From Candidatus Electrothrix sp. GW3-4 (GTDB lineage: Bacteria; Desulfobacterota; Desulfobulbia; Desulfobulbales; Desulfobulbaceae), in the NCBI RefSeq assembly GCF_037902255.1, contig NZ_CP147990.1:3900001-3932000 (forward strand): a stretch of 32,000 nucleotides of DNA. Direction: 5' to 3'. Both the position numbers and the translations under genes were made by a program. The notes under the pieces are model-generated. The model was not told the origin of the DNA, did not search any database, and worked only from the letters and a program-made list of their open reading frames with translations. Within the stretch, counting starts at the first letter, position 1; each line of letters opens with the position of its first letter. Shown piece after piece: positions 24,046 to 32,000 of this stretch.

Positions 24046-24384
24046 ATATATCTCCTTTTTTACAGTAGCATTCTTTACAGTAGCACTTACCTCCGTTTTC
24101 ATCAAAAGTTCTTTCTTGTTATAACGAAAGCTCAGCACACAAAAAAAGACATACTGTGATCTCAGGGGGAATATGTGTTCACCCTGAACCCGCTAACACT
24201 GTACAGTTTCTTGCATCCTGTGTACAGTTTTTTTTACATTATAATTTCAATTAATCGAACGAACTCAGAACAGAAGAGCTGCAGACGGCACCAGAAAACA
24301 GGCCCTGGGTTATTATAGCGCCAATAATGGCAAAAAGAAGGATGAAAGAGAAGAGGAAGCACGCGAAGAGAAAGGAGACAATAA

Positions 24385-24417
24385 AAAACCCGCTAACCTA
24401 TTAAGGCTGCGGGTTTT
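24385..24417 (-). terminator. Rho-independent terminator downstream of tRNA-Leu
   Basis: The minus strand reads AAAACCCGC-AGCCTTAATAGGTTA-GCGGGTTTTTTATT. Confidence 0.65.
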
Positions 24418-24450
24418 AAGAACGTCAAAGGACGTGATGGAACTCTAAGA

Positions 24451-24537
24451 TGGTGCCGAAGGGGAGAGTCGAACTCCCACGAGCGTACGCCCACTAGACC
24501 CTGAACCTAGCGCGTCTACCAATTCCGCCACTTCGGC
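24451..24537 (-). tRNA. tRNA-Leu (anticodon CAG), type II with a long variable arm, CCA encoded
   Basis: The reverse complement is GCCGAAGTGGCGGAATTGGTAGACGCGCTAGGTTCAGGGTCTAGTGGGCGTACGCTCGTGGGAGTTCGACTCTCCCCTTCGGCACCA. The acceptor stem is GCCGAAG/CTTCGGC. The anticodon stem is CTAGG/TCTAG with loop TTCAGGG. The variable arm is 15 nt. The T-arm is GGGAG-TTCGACT-CTCCC. Confidence 0.93.
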
Positions 24538-24548
24538 ACGGCGAAAAG

Positions 24549-24577
24549 AATATGCCTTATTTCTGAATTACTGTCAA
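24549..24577 (-). promoter_or_regulatory. Sigma70-type promoter of tRNA-Leu
   Basis: The minus strand has TTGACA (24577-24572), a 17-nt spacer and CATATT (24554-24549), about 10 nt upstream of the mature tRNA 5' end. Confidence 0.55.
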
Positions 24578-24769
24578 CTGTTTTTAGCATTCCTCTTTAA
24601 AAAAAATGAATATGTCTCTCTTGAGGGCCCATGAACTATTTGCGGGTTTTGTCTGGTTGGAGTACATATTCTCTTTTGCCTAAAAGAAATCTGCTTGTTT
24701 TTCCGAAACGGCTGGCCGGATCGGAAGAGAAAAGATGATCCGCATGAGCAAACGAGGCAATAACAACAT

Positions 24770-25750
24770 ATGCAGCTGTATAGACATCTCCAAGAAATCA
24801 AAAGCCCCTTTAAGCGTCCAGTGGTCACTATCGGTAATTTTGACGGGGTACACCTGGGCCATCAGCTCCTCTTTCACGAGGTAGCGATCCGGGCAAAACA
24901 GAGCGGTGGAACCTCGGTGGCCATCACCTTTGATCCGCACCCCCTAAAGGTGCTGCGACCGGATGGCATCAGACTGATCTCCACGACCCGACAAAAAATC
25001 GAACTCATCCGTATGGCTGGCATTGATGCCTTGCTCATCCTTCCCTTTGATCAAGAATTCGCCAAGACCACAGCCACTGACTTTGTTAACACGGTCCTCT
25101 GCGACACCATAGGGGTCCACGAATTGGTGGTCGGCTACGACTATGCCTTTGGCCGGGGCAGAGAGGGCAATATTGATTTCCTCCGTCGCCAGGGAGAGCA
25201 AAAGGGCTTCCCGGTCACGGTGGTTGAGGCCCATTATGAGGATGACATGCTGGTCTCCAGTACCAAGATACGCGAGTTGGTCATGGAAGGGCAGATGCGG
25301 GATGTACGCAACCTGTTGGGCCGTTGCTACCACATCCATGGCGAGGTGCAACGGGGCAAACAACGGGGAGGAGCGGAGATCGGCTTTCCCACCGCAAACC
25401 TTAAGCTCTCAGCAGAGGACCTCTGCCCGAAAAAGGGGGTCTATGTCACCCAGGTTCTCTATGACGATAAGATGTACGGCAGTGTGACCAATATAGGCTA
25501 CAACCCCACCTTTGGCGAAAATGAGTTGGTCGCAGAAACCCATATTTTCGATTTCAACAAAGACATCTATGGCCATCCTATCCGGCTGAACCTGCTCCGC
25601 TACTTACGCGGGGAGGTCAAGTTCAACTCCATCGATGAACTCTCCTCGCAGATCCAAAAGGATGTGGACACAGCCAAGCAGGTCCTTGCCGAGGCCGCAA
25701 AGGAGCGGGTCCTCTCCTGCGAGGAACGATTTAATACCCTACCAATGTAG
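24770..25750 (+). CDS. ribF: Bifunctional riboflavin kinase / FMN adenylyltransferase
   Basis: VVTIGNFDGVHLGHQ, ITFDPHP, GFPTANL and the C-terminal riboflavin kinase region FDF...YG..I...F..LR.E.KF are present. Length is 326 aa. Confidence 0.92.
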   Translation: MQLYRHLQEIKSPFKRPVVTIGNFDGVHLGHQLLFHEVAIRAKQSGGTSVAITFDPHPLKVLRPDGIRLISTTRQKIELIRMAGIDALLILPFDQEFAKTTATDFVNTVLCDTIGVHELVVGYDYAFGRGREGNIDFLRRQGEQKGFPVTVVEAHYEDDMLVSSTKIRELVMEGQMRDVRNLLGRCYHIHGEVQRGKQRGGAEIGFPTANLKLSAEDLCPKKGVYVTQVLYDDKMYGSVTNIGYNPTFGENELVAETHIFDFNKDIYGHPIRLNLLRYLRGEVKFNSIDELSSQIQKDVDTAKQVLAEAAKERVLSCEERFNTLPM

Positions 25751-25785
25751 CCTAAATACCACATTGCCAATCATAAGGAAAAACC

Positions 25786-26637
25786 ATGCCAACTCTTGAA
25801 GTTAACAACCGTGAACTGCATTATCTTGATGAAGGGGAAGGCCCTACCCTCTTGTTTGGGCACAGCTATTTATGGGACAGCACCATGTGGCGACAGCAAC
25901 TTGCTGCCTTGCGGACCTCCTATCGTTGCCTGGTGCCTGATCTCTGGGGGCACGGCCAATCGGCACCACTCATAGCACCACTAACCGAGCCCCCCTCCAT
26001 CCAGTCCTTGGCAGACGACCATTGGGCCCTGCTCCAGGCCTTGGATATTGAACGCTGTTGCCTGATCGGCTTATCCGTTGGTGGCATGTGGGGCGTGCAG
26101 CTGGCATTGGATCACCCTGAGGCCATTGAACGGCTGGTGATTATGGATAGCTTTGTCGGGGAAGAGCCTCCTGCACCCCAGCAAGCGTATTTGCAAATAC
26201 TGGATATGGTTGAGCAGGCTGGCACCTTGCTGCCACCGCTCATTGACCAGCTCATCCCGCTCTTTCTCTCTCCTGTCACCATGGAAGAGCAGCCTGATCT
26301 TGGAGCAGAATTTCAGCACGCACTCGCGAACTTGCCAGCAGAGAATATTCCCACCCTGGTCGCCCTTGGCCGCTGCATCTTTCAGCGCAAGGATCGGATG
26401 GCAGCGTTAGCGCAGCTGAAGATGCCCGCCCTGGTGCTTGTGGGAGAACTGGACCAGCCTCGTCCTCCGCAGGAGGCCAAGGCCATGACAGACGCCCTTG
26501 AGCAGGCCACCTGTCAGGTCATTGCCCAGGCCGGACACATCTCGGCACTGGAACAGCCTGAAAAGGTCAACAGGGCGCTGCAGGCCTTTCTTGGAGCATG
26601 TTATTCTGGCAACGCCCCCCTGTCCCAAACATCATAA
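25786..26637 (+). CDS. Alpha/beta-fold hydrolase
   Basis: LLFGHSYLWDSTMW forms the HG-type oxyanion region. GLSVGGMWG is the nucleophile elbow (GxSxG). A C-terminal AGH supplies the His. Length is 283 aa. Confidence 0.85.
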   Translation: MPTLEVNNRELHYLDEGEGPTLLFGHSYLWDSTMWRQQLAALRTSYRCLVPDLWGHGQSAPLIAPLTEPPSIQSLADDHWALLQALDIERCCLIGLSVGGMWGVQLALDHPEAIERLVIMDSFVGEEPPAPQQAYLQILDMVEQAGTLLPPLIDQLIPLFLSPVTMEEQPDLGAEFQHALANLPAENIPTLVALGRCIFQRKDRMAALAQLKMPALVLVGELDQPRPPQEAKAMTDALEQATCQVIAQAGHISALEQPEKVNRALQAFLGACYSGNAPLSQTS

Positions 26638-26826
26638 CACACCGCTTTTAATCAGCACGAAATTTTGGCAACTGCCAAGCATGTTTTCTTGATGGTTTCG
26701 TAAAAAGTCCAAAATCGCGAAAAATTGCATTGTAACTCACTGAGTTGCCGTTAGCTATTTGCTATTTTCTGACTTTTTACCAGGCCATCTTTCTTGAAAA
26801 ACTCAACTCACCAATAAGGAAAACCC

Positions 26827-27186
26827 ATGTCTAAAATCGCAATTCTTTACTGCAAACGAATCAAAGATCAATCCTGCGTTGCCTGTGCAAAATGCTATAA
26901 GGCCATTGCTGAAAATAACGGCGAATTTGCCCGCTATACTGAGGAAGACATCGACTTGGTCGCCATGACCGATTGTGGTGATTGCCCCGGTCTGACCGTA
27001 CCCAAGGTGAAGCACCTCAATGAGACCACCAAAAATCTTGGTCGCCCCATCGAGGTCCTTCATCTCGGTACCTGCATGAAATCCGCCATGGAGATGGCAG
27101 GTTGCCCAATCGATTTTGATGATCTGAAAATAACCCTGCAAAAAAATATGGGCATCAAGGTGGTACTGGGCACCCACGCCTATTAA
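26827..27186 (+). CDS. CGGC-domain-like Cys-rich protein
   Basis: IAILYCKRIKDQSCVACAKC ... MTDCGDCPG ... LGTCM has a Cys spacing resembling the CGGC domain family (from memory). AAGGAAAA lies upstream of the ATG. Confidence 0.65.
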   Translation: MSKIAILYCKRIKDQSCVACAKCYKAIAENNGEFARYTEEDIDLVAMTDCGDCPGLTVPKVKHLNETTKNLGRPIEVLHLGTCMKSAMEMAGCPIDFDDLKITLQKNMGIKVVLGTHAY

Positions 27187-27223
27187 GGAGCTGGCAGGCC
27201 AACAGCAAGCAGGTCTTTGAAGA

Positions 27224-27256
27224 AAAAGGGGTTTGGCGTTACGGCCCCTTTAATTT
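27224..27256 (+). terminator. Candidate rho-independent terminator after the CGGC gene
   Basis: AAAAGGGG-tttggcgttacgg-CCCCTTT followed by AATTTAT. Confidence 0.5.
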
Positions 27257-27344
27257 ATGGGGAAAAAGACAACTTCAATCAAGGCAATAACAATCCCCCG
27301 CAGCCCTCTCTCCAGCTCCAAGGCTCGGTTTCTGCGTTTATCGC

Positions 27345-27372
27345 TTGCCACATTCCCATTAATGCCTATAAT
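27345..27372 (+). promoter_or_regulatory. Candidate sigma70 promoter for the TPR/Zn-ribbon-HEAT gene pair
   Basis: TTGCCA (27345-27350), a 16-nt spacer and a perfect TATAAT (27367-27372), 75 nt upstream of ATG 27448. Confidence 0.5.
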
Positions 27373-27447
27373 GTAGCAAATTGCGTTTTCATTACCTTAC
27401 GTATAGGTATCAGCTTTAACCTTTTGTAATTTTCCAAGGTATATACA

Positions 27448-28083
27448 ATGTCAGAAGAACAAACCCAAGTCTCCATAGAAACCGTGCTCGGTGAGCTGGA
27501 GAAAATATGCAAAGAAAACCCGGACAATATCATTGCTCATCATAAACTCGGCCTGATCTATCGCCAGGCAGGACGCATTGATGATGCCATCTGTGAGCTG
27601 AAAAAGGCCATTGAGCTGGATGACCACTCCGTGGAAAGCTACATCAATCTCGGTGCCATCTATTTTGATAAAGGTGATGTTGCCCAGGCCCTGGAGCTGA
27701 ACGAAAAGGCCCTGAAAATCACCCCCAAGATGGCCGAGGCCCATGTCAATATCGGCCTGATCCGCCAGCAGGAGGGTAAGCCTGAGGAGGCCCTGGAATG
27801 CTATGAAAGGGCCATCCAGATTGACCCCAACCTCCTGACCCCCTGGCTCAATATGACTTCCGTCTGCACCATGCTGGAGCAGGATGAAAAGGCCGTGGAA
27901 TCTGCCCGTCAGGCCGTGACCCTGGAGCCGGATAACGGTATGGCCCGCAATAACCTGGCCGTGGCCCTGTATTTCTCCGGTGCCTATGAGGAAGCCAAGC
28001 GGAACATGGACAAGGCCAAGGAACTGGGCTACGCCGTTGATCCGCGTTTTGTGCAAGGACTGGAAGAGAAGTTGGCAGCATAA
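27448..28083 (+). CDS. Tetratricopeptide (TPR) repeat protein
   Basis: There are five to six 34-aa repeats with the W/L-G-Y-A-F-A-P pattern (HHKLGLIYRQAGRIDDAICELKKAIELDD; YINLGAIYFDKGDVAQALELNEKALKITP; etc.). Confidence 0.85.
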   Translation: MSEEQTQVSIETVLGELEKICKENPDNIIAHHKLGLIYRQAGRIDDAICELKKAIELDDHSVESYINLGAIYFDKGDVAQALELNEKALKITPKMAEAHVNIGLIRQQEGKPEEALECYERAIQIDPNLLTPWLNMTSVCTMLEQDEKAVESARQAVTLEPDNGMARNNLAVALYFSGAYEEAKRNMDKAKELGYAVDPRFVQGLEEKLAA

Positions 28084-29222
28084 TGGCAGCAAAAAAACAA
28101 GCAAACAGCAAACCTTGGTGCCCATTCTGCGGCATGGAGGTGGGGCGTCCGGTGGAGGCCCCGCAACGCAAGATGACCGAGTTTCCGGTGGGCCGATGCG
28201 AGTGCGGTGCCGTCTATGCCTGTGATGCCACTGGCCATAATGTCGGATCCGCCATGGTGGAATGTTTGGTCTATGCCTGCGGCGAGGAATGGGATCTGGC
28301 CTGGGAACTGATCCCTGAGGACGATTATCTCACCGGGCGGGTGGAAGATTATGACGACGTCACCCACCAGATCTGTCCCAAGAGGAACCTGGACGGTCGC
28401 GGGGTGCGCGGGGTGCTCTATTTTGTCCGCCTCCATAAGGATGTGGCAGAGATTGCTGATCGTTTTGCCCAGAAAAAGGAACAGGAGGCTCAAGCTGCCT
28501 TGGCAGGAAGCGAAAAAGGTTCTCAGGGCCCGGTGACCCCTGAGGTGGAACCGGCCCGTGATCCCAAACGGAAGAAAAAACGGGCCTCCAAGATGATCGT
28601 CAAGAAGCTGGTTGAGGCCCATGATATTGACGGGCTGCTGGATCTCTGTTTTGACGATAGACGGACCCTGCGTTTTATGCAGCGCCTCCTCTATGAGCCC
28701 GATCCGGCGAAACGCTATAAGACCGCCTGGCTGATCGGGCAGGTTTCCGCCCGCCTCTCCACCCGCGAACCAGCCCCGGTGGCCGATATGCTGCACCGAC
28801 TCTTTGAGGCCTGCTCGGATTCCGCCTCCATGCCCTGGGGCATGGTGGAGGCCATTGGCGCAATCATCTCTGCCCGGACAGATATCTACGGGGCCTTTAC
28901 CCGGCACCTACTTAACTTCATGGGTGATGAAGGGACCCAAGAGGCCGCCCTCTGGGGTCTGAGCGAGATTGCTGCCACCCGCCCCGACCTGATCCGCAGC
29001 ACCCCGTTTTACTCCACCTTTCATTTCCTGGAGCATGAAAACCCGGTGGTACGTGGCCTGATGGTCCGTCTGCTGGGCCGCATCAAGGCCAAGGAGGCCT
29101 TGCTCCAGCTTATGGGATTGCAAAAAGATGCAACAGAAATAACCCTCTATAAGCAGGGTGAGCCGATCAAAACCACCGTGGCCGCCCTGGTGAAGGAAGC
29201 AGCGGCTGGGATGCAGGGATAG
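28083..29222 (+). CDS. Zinc-ribbon plus HEAT-like repeat protein, translationally coupled to the TPR gene
   Basis: The N-terminus is WCPFCGMEVGRP...GRCECGAVYAC (CxxC...CxC). The C-terminal helical repeats (PWGMVEAIGAIIS..., EAALWGLSEIAATRP..., NPVVRGLMVRLLGRIKAKEA) are HEAT/PBS-lyase-like. The start overlaps the TPR stop (TAATG). Confidence 0.75.
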   Translation: MAAKKQANSKPWCPFCGMEVGRPVEAPQRKMTEFPVGRCECGAVYACDATGHNVGSAMVECLVYACGEEWDLAWELIPEDDYLTGRVEDYDDVTHQICPKRNLDGRGVRGVLYFVRLHKDVAEIADRFAQKKEQEAQAALAGSEKGSQGPVTPEVEPARDPKRKKKRASKMIVKKLVEAHDIDGLLDLCFDDRRTLRFMQRLLYEPDPAKRYKTAWLIGQVSARLSTREPAPVADMLHRLFEACSDSASMPWGMVEAIGAIISARTDIYGAFTRHLLNFMGDEGTQEAALWGLSEIAATRPDLIRSTPFYSTFHFLEHENPVVRGLMVRLLGRIKAKEALLQLMGLQKDATEITLYKQGEPIKTTVAALVKEAAAGMQG

Positions 29223-29367
29223 AGAAAAGGCGGAGCGATGACCTAAGAGCAGTGGAGTATCTTCAACACATTGATCTGCCAGTTGAGAAAAAAAGGGCTC
29301 AGGCAAGGTTGAATGCCCTGCTGAATATACTCGACACCGGCATGAAGTGATCTTCTTCGTCTTCCGT

Positions 29368-29389
29368 GCCCGATGTTCAAACATCGGGC
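29368..29389 (+). terminator. Strong hairpin downstream of the Zn-ribbon/HEAT gene (possible terminator)
   Basis: GCCCGATGT-TCAA-ACATCGGGC is a 9-bp perfect stem followed by TCTATTCG. The U-tract is weak. Confidence 0.35.
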
Positions 29390-29475
29390 TCTATTCGTCC
29401 AGCCCCTCCTGAGTGACAGAAAAAAGTTCACTTTATCCAGGAGTGCTGTCCCGTGCGGGCTAAAATCATCGCCTC

Positions 29476-30645
29476 TTGGCAACGGCATCAATTATCACAC
29501 CATTTTTTCCCTTGAACATTGAACATAAGAGAACACGAGTAGAAGCTCTCACCTTCTTCAGATTTGTGGCTGCACTCATAGTGGTATTTTTTCACTATGG
29601 CCGAGAGACCGCGTTGGCAACCTGGGGCAAACCCCTGACTCTTTCCGGGCCGCAGATGGTAACGTTTTTTTTCGTTCTCTCTGGCTTTGTGATGCTGATA
29701 GCTCATTACCAAAAAGATAATGAGAAACTCAGAGATTATTATATCTCGAGAATCGCAAGGATAGCGCCTGTCTACTTCTTAGCTTTAGGAGGAATCATAT
29801 TGCTCACAAAGAAGAGTGATATGAAAGCATTGCTCCTGTCCTCCACCTTTCTTCAGGCTTGGGTATCCCCGTATCCACAAACCCTCAATACGCCGGGATG
29901 GTCCTTATCCGTTGAAATGTTCTTCTACCTCACCTTTCCTCTGCTCTTATTTCTTATCAGAAGATATAATATCAAAACACTCTCGTTTGGGCTCGTTGCC
30001 TTGTCCCTTTATATAGGTAGCCAAGTGGTCTTATCAAAACTGATGGTCCCCCCTTTTTATAAAGGCTACCCATCCTTTTCTCATGATATCGTCTATTATT
30101 TTCCCCTGTCACATTATTGCAGTTTTCTTTTAGGAATGGCTGGAGGCCTGCTCTACATCAGAAATAAACCGTTTTTTTCTTCTCAAGGAATACGCTCCTA
30201 TGCTATCCTCGTTGGAGGAGTTGTGACGACCTATTATCTCTTGCAATATCCAGGCATTCTGCGAAAGACCATTGGTTATCCCCTCGCATACTGTTCCAGC
30301 TTTTATGCGGTTGTGTTTACAGGCTTCATCCTTGCACTTTCCTTTTCAAGGAACTATATCGCAAAAGGCCTCAGTTTCCCTGCGCTGATTTTTTTGGGCG
30401 AGATCAGTTACTGTTTATATATCTTGCAATATCCAGCCCATATAATTTATTATCGTTATATTTCTCCGCTTCTACACCTGAAAGGGCAAACACATTTCTA
30501 CATCTACTTATCTTTCCTGATTATACTATCATCAATAATCTATTTATTTTTCGAAAAACCTCTTAACAATTTATTTTCAAAAATAAAAAGCTCTACCACC
30601 AAGAGAAATCAGGCTCATTCGACGGAACAGGTAACGGCTCATTAA
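29476..30645 (+). CDS. Acyltransferase family 3 (OafA/YrhL-like membrane O-acyltransferase)
   Basis: FFRFVAALIVVFFHYG is the N-terminal conserved His region. It has about 10 TM segments, GWSLSVEMFFYLTFPLL and GEISYCLYILQYP. The start is uncertain, since TTG 29476 is the first in-frame start and there is no nearby ATG. Confidence 0.8.
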   Translation: MATASIITPFFPLNIEHKRTRVEALTFFRFVAALIVVFFHYGRETALATWGKPLTLSGPQMVTFFFVLSGFVMLIAHYQKDNEKLRDYYISRIARIAPVYFLALGGIILLTKKSDMKALLLSSTFLQAWVSPYPQTLNTPGWSLSVEMFFYLTFPLLLFLIRRYNIKTLSFGLVALSLYIGSQVVLSKLMVPPFYKGYPSFSHDIVYYFPLSHYCSFLLGMAGGLLYIRNKPFFSSQGIRSYAILVGGVVTTYYLLQYPGILRKTIGYPLAYCSSFYAVVFTGFILALSFSRNYIAKGLSFPALIFLGEISYCLYILQYPAHIIYYRYISPLLHLKGQTHFYIYLSFLIILSSIIYLFFEKPLNNLFSKIKSSTTKRNQAHSTEQVTAH

Positions 30646-30925
30646 GGAGAATCAATTGATCGACAACCGTCTCTTTGTTATAAACGTTATAATCATTATA
30701 AACACCAGAGACAAACTACCAGCTCAAAGTCGATCAGTTACACCACAGGCTTCTGCCCTACGCGGCGGGCTGACACCACCGCCCCACTAAAGAATAAGCA
30801 AAAAAACCGTATGATCCTTACATGACAACGTACTCGTAAGCAATAAAAAGGAATTATTGTAAAACGAGATGGCCAAGGAGCCCCAAAAATCTACGTCTTT
30901 TTTTTCTGAATCAGGAGTATCATAA

Positions 30926-31765
30926 ATGAGAGTACAACCATCCAATCGTACCGCCAGCACACGACGACGAACCACCACATATCTTCTCCTTCTCGTCACC
31001 TGCCTTTCCTTAGCTGGCTGCGCAAGCACTGAAGGCATGTTCAGCTCCTGGTCTGTTTTTGGCGCAGGCGGAGAAAAAGAGAAGAAATTTGATTCAGCAG
31101 AGAAACTCATTATCCAGGGCATGGATGCCTACAAGATAGGAAGATATAACAGTGCCATAAAGGAATTTCAGGAGATCAAGGATCGTTATCCCTTTAGCCC
31201 AGAGGCCCTGCTGGCGGAGCTCAAACTGGCCGACTGCGAGTATTACAACGAGAATTACGCAGAGGCAAAGGAGCTGTATAAGGAATTTGAGGAACGGCAC
31301 CCGACCAACGAGGCGATTCCCTATGTCATGTTCCAGATCGGGATGTGCGATTATTCCCGCACCGACCGCATTGATCGGGATCCGTCAGGGGCTCAGGACG
31401 CGATAAAATCCTTCTCCCGTTTATTACGCAGCTATCCTGATTCGCCCTATACCAGAGAGGCCAAGACGAGGATCCGAGCAGCTCAGGAGTTTATTGTTAA
31501 TCATGAGTACTATGTTGCCGTCTTCTATGTCCGCACCAAGAAATATGAGCAGGCCAAACATCGCCTCAAATATATTCTCACCCTATATCCAGATGCTGCA
31601 ATCATCCCAAAGGCGAAAGACCTACAGGCAAGACTCGCTGCCGGAGACCCGCCCAAATGGGGACTGGACAGATGGCTCCCAGACCTGACCATGCCGGACT
31701 GGGATTTGGCTGATATCGGCGTCGGCAGCCAGGATGACGACATAGATAACCAGATCGGTCAGTAA
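30926..31765 (+). CDS. bamD: Outer membrane protein assembly factor BamD (YfiO family lipoprotein)
   Basis: The lipobox is LSLAGC. TPR-like helices read AEKLIIQGMDAYKIGRYNSAIKEFQEIKDRYPFSPEALLAELKLADCEYYNENYAEAKELYKEFEERHP ... SPYTREAKTRI. AGGAG lies 8 nt upstream of the ATG. Confidence 0.85.
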   Translation: MRVQPSNRTASTRRRTTTYLLLLVTCLSLAGCASTEGMFSSWSVFGAGGEKEKKFDSAEKLIIQGMDAYKIGRYNSAIKEFQEIKDRYPFSPEALLAELKLADCEYYNENYAEAKELYKEFEERHPTNEAIPYVMFQIGMCDYSRTDRIDRDPSGAQDAIKSFSRLLRSYPDSPYTREAKTRIRAAQEFIVNHEYYVAVFYVRTKKYEQAKHRLKYILTLYPDAAIIPKAKDLQARLAAGDPPKWGLDRWLPDLTMPDWDLADIGVGSQDDDIDNQIGQ

Positions 31766-31778
31766 GGGGATATTTCTT

Positions 31779-32000
31779 ATGGGCTTGCTGAACAGCGACA
31801 AACTCCTTGATCTGCTTATTGCACAGCGGCTCTTGACGACGAAACAGAAGCAGTTTGTGCTCCGTCATAAGGAACGGCAGAGCCAACAGCTTGTCAAGCT
31901 TCAGGGCGGGCAGAAGCAGGCAGGACAGGGCTATCCTGATATGGTGGATATCCTGGCCTCCCTGAAACTGGAAGTGCCGGGCCCGAAGCAGCGCATCCTG
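31779..32000 (+). CDS. 5' part of an unidentified gene, possibly a GspE/PilB-type secretion ATPase N-terminal domain; continues off the right edge
   Basis: ATG 31779 is preceded by AAGGGGA. The frame is open to the window end: MGLLNSDKLLDLLIAQRLLTTKQKQFVLRHKERQSQQLVKLQGG...DMVDILASLKLEVPG. The family guess is weak. Confidence 0.45.
   Translation, partial: MGLLNSDKLLDLLIAQRLLTTKQKQFVLRHKERQSQQLVKLQGGQKQAGQGYPDMVDILASLKLEVPGPKQRIL

Noticed and set aside
24046-24138. 31-codon N-terminal extension of the Sec-rhodanese ORF (MLSFRYNKKELLMKTEVSATVKNATVKKEIY)
   Set aside because: The signal peptide and a strong AAGGAG SD define the start at 24045. The extension is translated from the direct-repeat leader.
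26667-26690. Sigma-54 promoter (TGGCAACTGCCAAGCA) upstream of the CGGC gene
   Set aside because: The -12 element is AAGC rather than TTGC, and the spacing does not fit TGGCAC-N5-TTGC.
28029-28907. 292-aa minus-strand ORF, and the 27451-28125 (224 aa) and 28908-29384 (158 aa) minus-strand ORFs
   Set aside because: They are antisense to the TPR and Zn-ribbon/HEAT genes, which have clear repeat and motif support. The shadow ORFs are Gly/His/Arg/Pro-rich with no motifs.

Overview
The window looks like chromosomal DNA from a roughly 50-55% G+C bacterium. Several gene families are ones I associate with sulfate-reducing Desulfobacterota, but that assignment is a low-confidence inference. I support about 33 protein genes, one tRNA and several regulatory elements.

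Housekeeping and core genes:
- Left end and lipid module: ettA (5' part at the left edge) and a 4-gene hotdog dehydratase/FabG/LolA-like/lipoprotein module.
- Envelope, amino-acid and signalling genes: an 807-aa META-domain lipoprotein, alanine dehydrogenase and a hybrid histidine kinase.
- Metal uptake: an extended Znu/Tro-type metal ABC operon.
- Central block: hemW, radC, yggT, yggU, tRNA-Leu(CAG) and ribF.
- Right end: an alpha/beta hydrolase, a CGGC/TPR/Zn-ribbon-HEAT trio, an acyltransferase-3 gene, bamD and the start of one more gene.

Three things stand out:
1. A strongly AT-rich island at about 500-4490 sits between ettA and the lipid module. It opens with about 25 phased 21-bp units (42-bp higher-order period). 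These lie directly upstream of a 697-aa protein whose N-terminus looks like a Cap4/DUF4297-type PD-(D/E)xK nuclease and whose remaining ~460 aa I cannot assign. Two small genes follow: an integrase SAM-like core-binding domain with no catalytic domain, and a CxxxxCxC protein with a basic tail. I consider this the best candidate for an undescribed defence or toxin system. Its architecture resembles a type III toxin-antitoxin locus (repeat array followed by a nuclease gene).
2. A rhodanese ORF that appears truncated at TGA 23776-23778 continues in frame for 41 more codons. The continuation completes the rhodanese domain. The TGA aligns without gaps to a Cys in the paralog next door, and a SECIS-like hairpin follows. 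This is a likely selenocysteine-containing exported rhodanese.
3. The metal ABC substrate-binding protein carries a ~145-aa Met/Gln-rich triple repeat at its C-terminus.

All domain calls come from reading the translations by eye. No database search was run.
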